From the NCBI GenBank assembly GCA_040260805.1, contig JBDQPD010000087.1, forward strand, positions 1-14,784: a DNA stretch of 14,784 nt, read 5' to 3'. The translations under genes and the position numbers were made by a program. Position 1 is the first letter of the stretch; every line of letters begins with the position of its first letter. The notes below the pieces were generated by a model. The model was not told the origin of the DNA, ran no database searches, and saw nothing but the letters and a program-made list of their open reading frames with translations. Below, in pieces: positions 5,732 to 13,711 of this stretch. The stretch is from Myxococcota bacterium (GTDB lineage Bacteria; Myxococcota; UBA4151).

Positions 5732-8700
5732 GAACGAGGCGACTGCGTCTTGGACGCCAGAGTCGTCGCCTGCCTGCGCAGCCGCTTGCTCTAACAGCGT
5801 CAGCGCTTCGTTGATTTGACCCGAGAGCTCGGCTTCTTGCGCCAGGGCTAGAAGTTCCTCAGTCGTGGTCTGTTGGACGTCCGCTGCAGGGGGATCAGCC
5901 TCTTGCGCTTCTTCCCAGTCAAAGTCGAGCGGTGGGTCATCGCCCTCGACCGGCGGCAAAACACCAGCTTCCCGAGCGCTTTGAGCCGGCACAGTCGGCA
6001 GATGATCTTCTAAGGCAGCGTCCGAATCCCTGACGCTCTCGGCGGGCAACGCCGTCCCCACGTGGTCATCAAGTGCAACGGGCGCTGCGCTCAGCATTTG
6101 CACGGGGCCGTCGGCTGTGGGCACCAACTCTGCTTGTTCTCCTTGAAACGCGGGCAAGGCGAGACGCTCAACGCCGGCGATCGCCAAATCGGAGACACCG
6201 CCGCCCAGAGAGGCGAGACGCTCAAGCGCAGCGCTGACCGCCTCGTCATGAACGGCGATCATGCCTTGTTCGGCGCGGGCGCAGAGCTCGAGATCAATCG
6301 CAGAATCCGAATGGTTTTGACCAATCCAGGCTAAGCGGTCGCGCAGGCTGTCCCAATCGCGTTGGTGGCGTAGGTAATGCAAAACGGCGCGCTGCAGGAC
6401 TAGGCTTTCAGGCCTTTGCTCTTCGAGCGCGACGAGATGCGGAAAGGCGATCTCACTCAAGCCACCAGTCACAGCCTGCATGATCACGCGGGCTGCAACC
6501 TCTTCATCGAGTTCGGGTAGCACATCAAACAAAGGGGTCAGCACGGCGGCAGCAGCCGTGGCGTCGCCCTCTGTCTCGTAAATCTCTGACAACAAGATAA
6601 AGGGCTCGGGGAAGGTCGCGGCGTGCTCGACCACCTCAAGCGCCTCACCGAGCAGCTCAATAGCGCCTGCAGAGTCTGCTTTGACTCGCCACAGAAGGCC
6701 CGCAGCTCGGTGCAACGCGGCGGCAGCTGCGTCACCATCCAAATGCGCAGCAAGAGTCTGGAACTCACCCACAGCGCCCGCTAAATCGCCTTCACGCTCA
6801 GCCATCTGCGCCAGAGCCAAACGAGCATCGACGTCCTCGGGGTCATGCAAAACGACCATCCGAAGAAGATCCATATCGCCGCTGACCTCGGCGGCTCGTC
6901 GCAACGCGCTCAGGCGCTCTGACTTGTCGGCTGTGATCTTAGCGAGGCGACGTAAGAGCGAGACCTCCTCACGCTGATGACCTTGCTCTCGCGCAAGCTC
7001 GATTCGCATCCTGAGCATGCGAGCATCCTCAGGAACGGCGGCTTCAATTCGGTCTAAAATCTGTCCCGCCCGACCCACATCGATGCGACGAAGATTAGAA
7101 GCAGCGCGCAGAAGATGAAGCACTCGCTGCGTAATTTGCTCCGACGTCTCCGCTAACTCCAAAGCGATCTGAGCAGCCTTCTCGAAATCACCTTGTCGCT
7201 CCAAAGCCAAGCCGAGTTCGCTGCGGATCGAATCGTTGGCGGCGTCCAGACTTGAAGCCTCGGTCAGCAAGGTTACCGCTTCTTCAGCGTCGGCAGCCAC
7301 TTGGGCGGCGCGCTGAAGCCATTTGGAGCGCGCCAAGGGGTTGCCTTCGACCAATCGGCCCAAAGTCTGACGCGCCCAAGAGGTGGTTTCCACATCGCCA
7401 ACACGAGATGCCAAGTCTTCAATCAGACCGAGCGCCTCTTGATCCTCTTCATGCTGATCAAGCCAAGTGCGCAAACGATCGACCGCGTCGCTGAGTCGAT
7501 GCAGATCCAAACCGACGATCCGCGCATAACGACAGACGCCCGACGAATCATCAGCATCTTCAAGCTCTGCGGCTGCTTCATCGAAGCGCTCAAGTCGAGC
7601 GAGTGTATCGACGCGCAAGCTTCGGTCTTCGATGGTGTTGTCTTCGATCAAACGCCAAGCGCTCGCAGGCTGACCCGCCTGCAGTCGACATTTGACCTCG
7701 AGACCAAGCACGGTCTGACCGGTATCACCGCGCAATCGAATCAACGCGTATTGATCCGCTGCCTGCGCCGGCTGGTCGCCGAGCTCATGGAGGCTGGCAA
7801 GCAGCCAAGCTGCAGCTCCGTCGATTCCAACCCCAGCTTGGGCGTTGGCGACACCCTCAGCCAGTCGCAGAGCCTGGTTTAGACCACCAGGCATCTCAGC
7901 CATCAACGCAGCAGCCGCTAAGCGGTCTTCGAGCTCAAGCGCGTGGTTTGCGAGCAGCTCCGCCAGCGCGGTCTGCTCACCTTGAGCTGCCAGCAAGGGA
8001 TACAGCGCTTCGAACGCGCGCTGCCGCAACGCTTCGTTGCCCGTTTCCATCGCCGCCGTCAGATGGGGAATCCCCTCTTCGCTCCGACCCGCCTGAGCCA
8101 AGCTTCCCGCTAACCGATAAAGAACGGCGGCACGAGGCTCGCCAACCGGCAGCTCAGTCGCCCACGTTTCAAGCGCCCGAATCACCACATCATGGCGCCC
8201 GGCCTGATCCGCAAGCTCGGTGCGCATCGCTGCGATTCGAAGCGCATCGCCGCCACGACTTAGCGCCTGGTCAAGATCTTCCAAAGCGCCCTCAAGATCA
8301 TCCGCACCGGCGCGTGCTTGAGCTCGCCTCGAGAGCGCTTCGATGGCTGCGTAATCATCGTCAGCCTCATCCACCACAGCGTTCAGAAGGTCAGCGACCA
8401 TCTCTTGGCGACCACCGGAGAGCGCCACTTCAATCATGCGCTCAGTCGTTGCAGCCGCCTCGACCCCATTGCGTGGTTCGATCTCTTGGAGCAGGGCTAA
8501 CGATTGATCGACATCGCTCAACCGTTGGGCTGCGATATCAGCCATCACACGCAAGCGCTCATTGCGACGATCGGTGTCGAGCTCTCGGTCCAAGATGGTT
8601 CGGCCGACCTTCATCCTTCGCAACCAGTCACCCGACTGCGCCGTCAACTGCTCAAGCTGCAGCGCAGGCTCGACGTCATCGGGGCGACGCTCAATCAGCA

Positions 8701-11700
8701 GCTCAAGCAGCTGGATCGCTTCGTCGTGACGACCGGGACGAGCCATGTGCAAATCGACAGCTTCTCGCAACCAAGCATCTGCGCGCCGATCATCGAGCTG
8801 CTCCGCGGCTTGAACTCGAGCCGATGCGCTGAGCTCATCATCTCCGACGGCGTCCACTGCGGCGAGCCATGTACCCGCTAAATCGAGTTCGCTCGGGAAG
8901 CGCTTACTCGCCAAGCCGAGGAGCTGTCGACCGCGCTCTGCGGAACCCGCAGCGGTCAGCCTCTCGGCTAATCGGCGGACGACCGGCGCCAAGCCCTCAG
9001 GCATGGTGTCACCCGACTGAGCGATCCAGTGCTCTACCAAACCTACCGACTCGAGAGGCTCAATCTCCTCGACCGAGCGCGTCGCCAAACGCCTTAGAAT
9101 AAGCCCATTTTGAGGCGCCAGATCGTGAGCCCGCCGCCAGTACGGTATCGACGCAGCGCCTTCGAGTCGCTCTGCGAGTTCGATCAAAGCGCGCTCTTCG
9201 TTGTCCACCGAAAGAAACGAGCTCACCGCATCCACTGCCTGCTGAAGAGGCTGGCTGTCTGCCAGGTTCCGCGCCGCATCAATCCAAGCCATCGGCTCTT
9301 TGGATGCGCGCTCTGCTTCATGCTGATACGCCGTCTGATAAGCCTGACAGCTCTCAGCGTAGCGCCCCGAGCTCGACAGATGTTGTCCAAGTCGCCACCA
9401 AAGACCAGCGTCGGAGGTCAGGTCGGCGAACTGCGACAATGCTCGCTCGAGCTCGGCTCCATCGCCGGCGCGCTCCACCAGCTCAAGGTATGTATCCAGA
9501 CGCGAACGGTCAGCTGAGCTAAAGGACTCCGCACCCTCCGGATACAGACCTACGATCAACGTTCGAGCGACCGCCAGATCATGAGCGCCAAGCGCCAAGT
9601 CGAGGCGAGCTCGGTCTAAGGCTTGGTCTGGCTCTTGCTCGCGCAGCGCATCGATCAATCGACTGCTCGCTACCGGCAACTCGCGAGCCTCGACCCCCGC
9701 GAGGAGCGCGCGCAACGCCGCGCTCGAGAGCCCCTCTCGCTCGACCACCGCCAGCGCTAAACGCTCGGCGTCAACATCGCTGACTTCGGATGAAGCGATC
9801 AGCTTAGCCACCCGATCGGCGTCGGTCTCTCGATCCAAACCCAGATCAAAGATCGCAAGCGACCAAGGATCGACCAGTCCGACCGCACCGGTCATCGCTG
9901 CGCGCTCACCCAATAACAGCTGCTCGGCGTCGCCGCGGTCCGGATCCCCAAGCAGCTCAAGGCACCGGCTCGGCGAGCCAAAATGCTCGAGATGAATTTG
10001 AGCGGCTCGCAGCCGCCCCGCCTCGACGCGCTCAAAGAGCTCGGCAGCCGCCGTATACGATAAAACATCCAGCTGCGCCTGAGCCAGCGCAAGGCAGCGT
10101 TCATCGCTCTCATCAAGTCGATAGAGCTCGCCAAGAGCCTCGACCTTCAAGGCTCCCTCGCCGCGCTGCTCAGCCAGGCGAAGCTGCAGCAAACGCAATC
10201 CGATTTCATCGGGGTGATGGTTGAGGCTCTCACGCAGCAGCGAGCCGCCCTCATCAAAGCGTTGCTCAGCAAAGCGGGCTTCAACCACAGCACGGAAGAG
10301 TTGCGGATGCTCCTGCGGCTGCTGCGCTAACAAACGCTCGGCCATGGCGCCACGATCACTCAAGGCCAACACCGCAATACTGAGCAAATCGTCTGCGACC
10401 GCTTCAGGCTCACTGGCAAACCAGCGCTGAACGACCTCGGGCAAGGCTTCCTCACGAGCGGACTGCCTCAGGGCGCGCACCATCACCGGATACACCTGGG
10501 GCGCAATCTCATCATCGATCAGCGCCCGCGCCGCTGCGCCTGCCGCCTCACCGGGCCGCCCGAGCTCGAGAAGTAACTGCGCCGCCTCAAGCTCCCACCG
10601 AGCCGCCTCGCCGGGCAGCTCTAAACGCGCCTCGACGCACTGCAATGCGCGCTCGACCTGACCAGCTTTACGCCACCAAAGGGCGGCTTGCCGCAGGTCG
10701 TCGGCTCGTCCACTTGCGTCCAGCAAGCTCGCCTCTTGGAGGCAAGCGACAGCTGCTGCGAGGTCGGGGCCGCCGCGTTCAAACCGCAGGCGAGCCACCG
10801 TTCGCCAGTGAGTGGCTCGGCGCACATCCGTCACCTTAGCGTGCCGTGCAGCCCGCTCCAGACAGGTGATCGCGTAATCAATATCTTTGTCCTCAAGAGC
10901 GATCCATGCGGCGCCCTCAAGCGCCGCTGCGTCCTCTGATACCGTCAACGCCAACGCAAAGTAGTGGCGAGCCCGAGGGCGATTGCCCTCACCCAGATGC
11001 AGTTCGCCCAAGCGGACAATCTCAGCGACCGATGCGTCCACCGACTTGCGGCCCACGAGGCGCCTTAGAATCGAAATCGCCAGCCGAGAATGCCCGTTGG
11101 CTTCGGAGGCGTTCGCTAGCCTCGCCAGAACCTCATCATCGGCTCGTCCGAGTTCGAGCAAACGCTCGACCGTCGTGCCGACCAGCTCGGGTCTCAAACC
11201 TGCATCGAGCATTCCGAGTAAGGCGCTGTGCTCAAGAGCGTCGAAGCTCTGAGCTTGACACGCCTCGGCAGCGTCCATCCACGAGGCGACGGTTGGTTTC
11301 CTGCGGGCTAGCGCCAAAGAGCGGGTCAAACGATCCACCCGGGGCAAAAGGTCTTCGAGTAGATCGAGCGCATCGTCACGCTCAGCCAGCAGATCAACCG
11401 CTAGCGTGACCGCATCGGAGGATAAGTCGCCCTCCATGAGCCGCGCTCGAGCTTTGCGAGCGGCGCCTTCGAGGTCACCGCTTGCCACCATCCCCATGAG
11501 CTCTTCAAAATCAGCGGCGAAGCTGCGCATCGGCAGCGGCGCGCCTGGCGTCTCGGAGCGATCAAAAATGTAGACCGGGTGCTCGCCCTCGTGCGTCCAG
11601 CCTGCGCGTCCACCTTCGACCCGGGTTCGGCGGCGGCCGGCTTGAACTAAGCCTCGCTTGGCAAAAAGTTCGACGGGATCGGCAATCTGGACGCCACCGA

Positions 11701-12097
11701 TTCGCTCTTCGAACCAACGCAGCAGCATCATGAAGGCGCCGCCCTCGCCCGACGAGGCGCTCCAAGCGCGCAAAGGCACCAAGCGAATGCCCCGATCCGA
11801 GAGACGATCCAGCGCTAACTCGCCGCACACCGAAGGCGTGGTGAGGTGAAGCGTTCCATCCTGCCAGCGCAGAGACTCGCCCTCAAGCAAGTGTTCTGAC
11901 GGGTCGACCCGGAGTTCGAGACGCTCAAGCGCCGTCCGGTGATTCGCAAAGGGCTCGATGCCGCCATCGAGCTCGACAGGGCCAGCAACGTCGATCAATC
12001 TCAGGACCGCTTGCTCGACTCGGGCTACGCCTAATTCGAGATCGCGTGCCTGTAGACTCGCCTCACCTCGAAAAAAGCTTACTCTCCAGTCGGTCAC
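5708..12097 (-). CDS. Giant (2129 aa) tetratricopeptide-repeat-like alpha-solenoid protein
   Basis: 6.4-kb uninterrupted ORF, GTG start with AGGGAG upstream. Ala/Leu/Glu/Arg-rich, with many TPR-like units (e.g. LWWRLGQHLSSSGRYAESCQAYQTAYQHE; DPEDVDARLALAQMAEREGDLAGAVGEFQTL). No signal peptide. Non-repeat N-terminal ~190 aa; acidic Pro-rich linker before a final helical unit. Confidence 0.9.
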   Translation of the reverse strand: MTDWRVSFFRGEASLQARDLELGVARVEQAVLRLIDVAGPVELDGGIEPFANHRTALERLELRVDPSEHLLEGESLRWQDGTLHLTTPSVCGELALDRLSDRGIRLVPLRAWSASSGEGGAFMMLLRWFEERIGGVQIADPVELFAKRGLVQAGRRRTRVEGGRAGWTHEGEHPVYIFDRSETPGAPLPMRSFAADFEELMGMVASGDLEGAARKARARLMEGDLSSDAVTLAVDLLAERDDALDLLEDLLPRVDRLTRSLALARRKPTVASWMDAAEACQAQSFDALEHSALLGMLDAGLRPELVGTTVERLLELGRADDEVLARLANASEANGHSRLAISILRRLVGRKSVDASVAEIVRLGELHLGEGNRPRARHYFALALTVSEDAAALEGAAWIALEDKDIDYAITCLERAARHAKVTDVRRATHWRTVARLRFERGGPDLAAAVACLQEASLLDASGRADDLRQAALWWRKAGQVERALQCVEARLELPGEAARWELEAAQLLLELGRPGEAAGAAARALIDDEIAPQVYPVMVRALRQSAREEALPEVVQRWFASEPEAVADDLLSIAVLALSDRGAMAERLLAQQPQEHPQLFRAVVEARFAEQRFDEGGSLLRESLNHHPDEIGLRLLQLRLAEQRGEGALKVEALGELYRLDESDERCLALAQAQLDVLSYTAAAELFERVEAGRLRAAQIHLEHFGSPSRCLELLGDPDRGDAEQLLLGERAAMTGAVGLVDPWSLAIFDLGLDRETDADRVAKLIASSEVSDVDAERLALAVVEREGLSSAALRALLAGVEARELPVASSRLIDALREQEPDQALDRARLDLALGAHDLAVARTLIVGLYPEGAESFSSADRSRLDTYLELVERAGDGAELERALSQFADLTSDAGLWWRLGQHLSSSGRYAESCQAYQTAYQHEAERASKEPMAWIDAARNLADSQPLQQAVDAVSSFLSVDNEERALIELAERLEGAASIPYWRRAHDLAPQNGLILRRLATRSVEEIEPLESVGLVEHWIAQSGDTMPEGLAPVVRRLAERLTAAGSAERGRQLLGLASKRFPSELDLAGTWLAAVDAVGDDELSASARVQAAEQLDDRRADAWLREAVDLHMARPGRHDEAIQLLELLIERRPDDVEPALQLEQLTAQSGDWLRRMKVGRTILDRELDTDRRNERLRVMADIAAQRLSDVDQSLALLQEIEPRNGVEAAATTERMIEVALSGGRQEMVADLLNAVVDEADDDYAAIEALSRRAQARAGADDLEGALEDLDQALSRGGDALRIAAMRTELADQAGRHDVVIRALETWATELPVGEPRAAVLYRLAGSLAQAGRSEEGIPHLTAAMETGNEALRQRAFEALYPLLAAQGEQTALAELLANHALELEDRLAAAALMAEMPGGLNQALRLAEGVANAQAGVGIDGAAAWLLASLHELGDQPAQAADQYALIRLRGDTGQTVLGLEVKCRLQAGQPASAWRLIEDNTIEDRSLRVDTLARLERFDEAAAELEDADDSSGVCRYARIVGLDLHRLSDAVDRLRTWLDQHEEDQEALGLIEDLASRVGDVETTSWARQTLGRLVEGNPLARSKWLQRAAQVAADAEEAVTLLTEASSLDAANDSIRSELGLALERQGDFEKAAQIALELAETSEQITQRVLHLLRAASNLRRIDVGRAGQILDRIEAAVPEDARMLRMRIELAREQGHQREEVSLLRRLAKITADKSERLSALRRAAEVSGDMDLLRMVVLHDPEDVDARLALAQMAEREGDLAGAVGEFQTLAAHLDGDAAAAALHRAAGLLWRVKADSAGAIELLGEALEVVEHAATFPEPFILLSEIYETEGDATAAAAVLTPLFDVLPELDEEVAARVIMQAVTGGLSEIAFPHLVALEEQRPESLVLQRAVLHYLRHQRDWDSLRDRLAWIGQNHSDSAIDLELCARAEQGMIAVHDEAVSAALERLASLGGGVSDLAIAGVERLALPAFQGEQAELVPTADGPVQMLSAAPVALDDHVGTALPAESVRDSDAALEDHLPTVPAQSAREAGVLPPVEGDDPPLDFDWEEAQEADPPAADVQQTTTEELLALAQEAELSGQINEALTLLEQAAAQAGDDSGVQDAVASFLARHPGA

Positions 12098-12200
12098 TCA
12101 GCACTCCCTGTCGTTGCGCCATGTCTACAGATCCGGCTACCGCATGCGTGGAAACGATCAAACCCTACGCACGCGCGATCCGCTCGGAAAGGTCAAAACC
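12098..12200. promoter_or_regulatory. Divergent intergenic region between the TPR gene and the plus-strand operon
   Basis: 103-bp gap between head-to-head genes with RBS-like motifs on both sides (AGGGAG on minus; GAAAGG at 12187-12192 on plus). No promoter boxes confidently identified. Confidence 0.45.
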
Positions 12201-12470
12201 ATGAGCCGTGCCACGCTGCTCTTCGTCGCCTTCCTCTTCCTCGGCTTCTTAGCGATGCAATGGGCGGCTTTTCACAACAGCGCTCGAAAACCTGAAGTTT
12301 GGGGCATTTCCAAGCGTCGGCTGCATCGATTGGCCCGAGAGGCCACTCCCGAGGAGCGCCAGCGATTCCTGGAGGCCGCGGATGGCGGGCCACCCCCCAA
12401 GACTCCTCCGATCATGATCGCCTCATTAGTCATGACTCTCATCGCCATCGGGGTGCTCTTATGGATGTGA
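12201..12470 (+). CDS. Small hypothetical membrane protein (89 aa, two hydrophobic helices)
   Basis: 3' part of track ORF 11958..12470; ATG 12201 follows GAAAGG. Hydrophobic segments LLFVAFLFLGFLAMQWAAF and IMIASLVMTLIAIGVLLWM flank a charged loop. The stop overlaps the next start. ATG 12144 is an alternative start. Confidence 0.72.
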   Translation: MSRATLLFVAFLFLGFLAMQWAAFHNSARKPEVWGISKRRLHRLAREATPEERQRFLEAADGGPPPKTPPIMIASLVMTLIAIGVLLWM

Positions 12471-13711
12471 GATGGATCGGTTGTTTGGCCCTGCTGATCA
12501 TGGGCTGTCCGGAGCCCGAGCCCCCTTGCGAACCCCAGCCGGTAATTCGCGGCCCATGGACGGTGGGATTGTACGCCCGAGTGGCAGAGATTCGCTGGGA
12601 AACCGCCGAGCCAGGATGTGGTGGCTTGAGGTTCGCTCCTGAAGGCACGGTCAACTGGCTCGGCGCCGTCGCGTCGCAAACGGCCCCGATGGAGCGCACC
12701 CTAGCCTTTGGCTCGATCGAGATTGAACATCCGGACGTCGCGGGCACCAGCACTCTGCATCGAGTCGGGCTGCAAAACCTGGCACCCAATACCTGCTATA
12801 CTTACCAAATATCCCAGCCCACCGAGGTGCACATAGGGCGCCTATGTACAGCAGCTGAGAGCAGCGATGCGACCTCGGTGTTCGCCGTGCTGGGCGACAC
12901 CAGCCCGTCACTCGGTCAGACCGAGGTTCTCTACGATGCTATCGTCGCGACTCAGCCCCAAGCCATCCTGCATCTTGGTGATGTGCAGCATTACACCCAA
13001 CAGTCCGAGTCTTGGGCCGATTGGCACCTGCGAAGTCAGCCCCTTCTGGCGACCGCGCCCATACTTCCAGTAGTCGGTGATCACGATTTCGAAGCCGTCG
13101 ATATCGCCGCCGGCAATCAGGTGCCAGACCCTGCCGAATACCAGCAATATTTCTTCACGCTTTGGGGCGCCCACGGGCACCCTCAACTTGGCAAAAACTT
13201 TGCCGTACGAAACGGACCGATCCTCTATATTTTTGGGGACAGCGAGAGCGACGACGGGAACCAAATCTGGGATGAGCAAGGGAGCAACTGGCTGCGTCAG
13301 ACCCTCGACGAAGCCGAGGCCTTACCTGGGCATCTATTTTCGGTCCTGATGGTTCATCGTCCGGTGTACACGCGGTCCATCCGAACCGAATCCTTGGTGC
13401 GACGAAATGCGCTGCGACAGGTGCTTGCCGGTCATCGAGTCCCGCTCGTGCTGTCCGGGCACGCTCACTGCTATGAGCGTTTCCTTGTTGAGGGCCGAAC
13501 CTTTGTTGTGAGTGGTGGTGGAGGCGCAGAGCTTGAGCCCTGTGATGTCGCTCATCAGGACCCAAGCGTGGCTGGAGAGCTGGCGAGTTTGCAACAAGTT
13601 CAGCGCAGTGAGCACCACTGGATTAAGCTCAGTCAGACGACCGCTGGTCTTCGCGGTCAAGCCATCGCAAAAGATGGGACGCTGATTGACCAATGGGACA
13701 TACGACCATGA
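12461..13711 (+). CDS. Purple-acid-phosphatase-like (calcineurin-like) metallophosphoesterase lipoprotein with an N-terminal FN3-like domain
   Basis: Start re-assigned to ATG 12461 (or GTG 12467), giving the signal MDVRWIGCLALLIMGC. FN3-like HRVGLQNLAPNTCYTYQI; motifs LGDT, HLGDVQHY, VGDHD, VHRP, SGHAHCYER, VVSGGGGA. Confidence 0.88.
   Translation: MDVRWIGCLALLIMGCPEPEPPCEPQPVIRGPWTVGLYARVAEIRWETAEPGCGGLRFAPEGTVNWLGAVASQTAPMERTLAFGSIEIEHPDVAGTSTLHRVGLQNLAPNTCYTYQISQPTEVHIGRLCTAAESSDATSVFAVLGDTSPSLGQTEVLYDAIVATQPQAILHLGDVQHYTQQSESWADWHLRSQPLLATAPILPVVGDHDFEAVDIAAGNQVPDPAEYQQYFFTLWGAHGHPQLGKNFAVRNGPILYIFGDSESDDGNQIWDEQGSNWLRQTLDEAEALPGHLFSVLMVHRPVYTRSIRTESLVRRNALRQVLAGHRVPLVLSGHAHCYERFLVEGRTFVVSGGGGAELEPCDVAHQDPSVAGELASLQQVQRSEHHWIKLSQTTAGLRGQAIAKDGTLIDQWDIRP

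Noticed and set aside
6062..11849. Many plus-strand and off-frame ORFs inside the TPR gene (e.g. 7301..7882, 7948..8832, 10906..11409)
   Set aside because: Arg/Pro/Ser-rich shadows expected in GC-rich coding DNA; no protein family motifs.
11958..12460. Upstream starts given by the ORF track for the small membrane protein (11958) and the phosphoesterase (12299)
   Set aside because: They overlap neighbouring genes extensively. Starts at 12201 and 12461/12467 give an RBS, a signal peptide and stop-start coupling.
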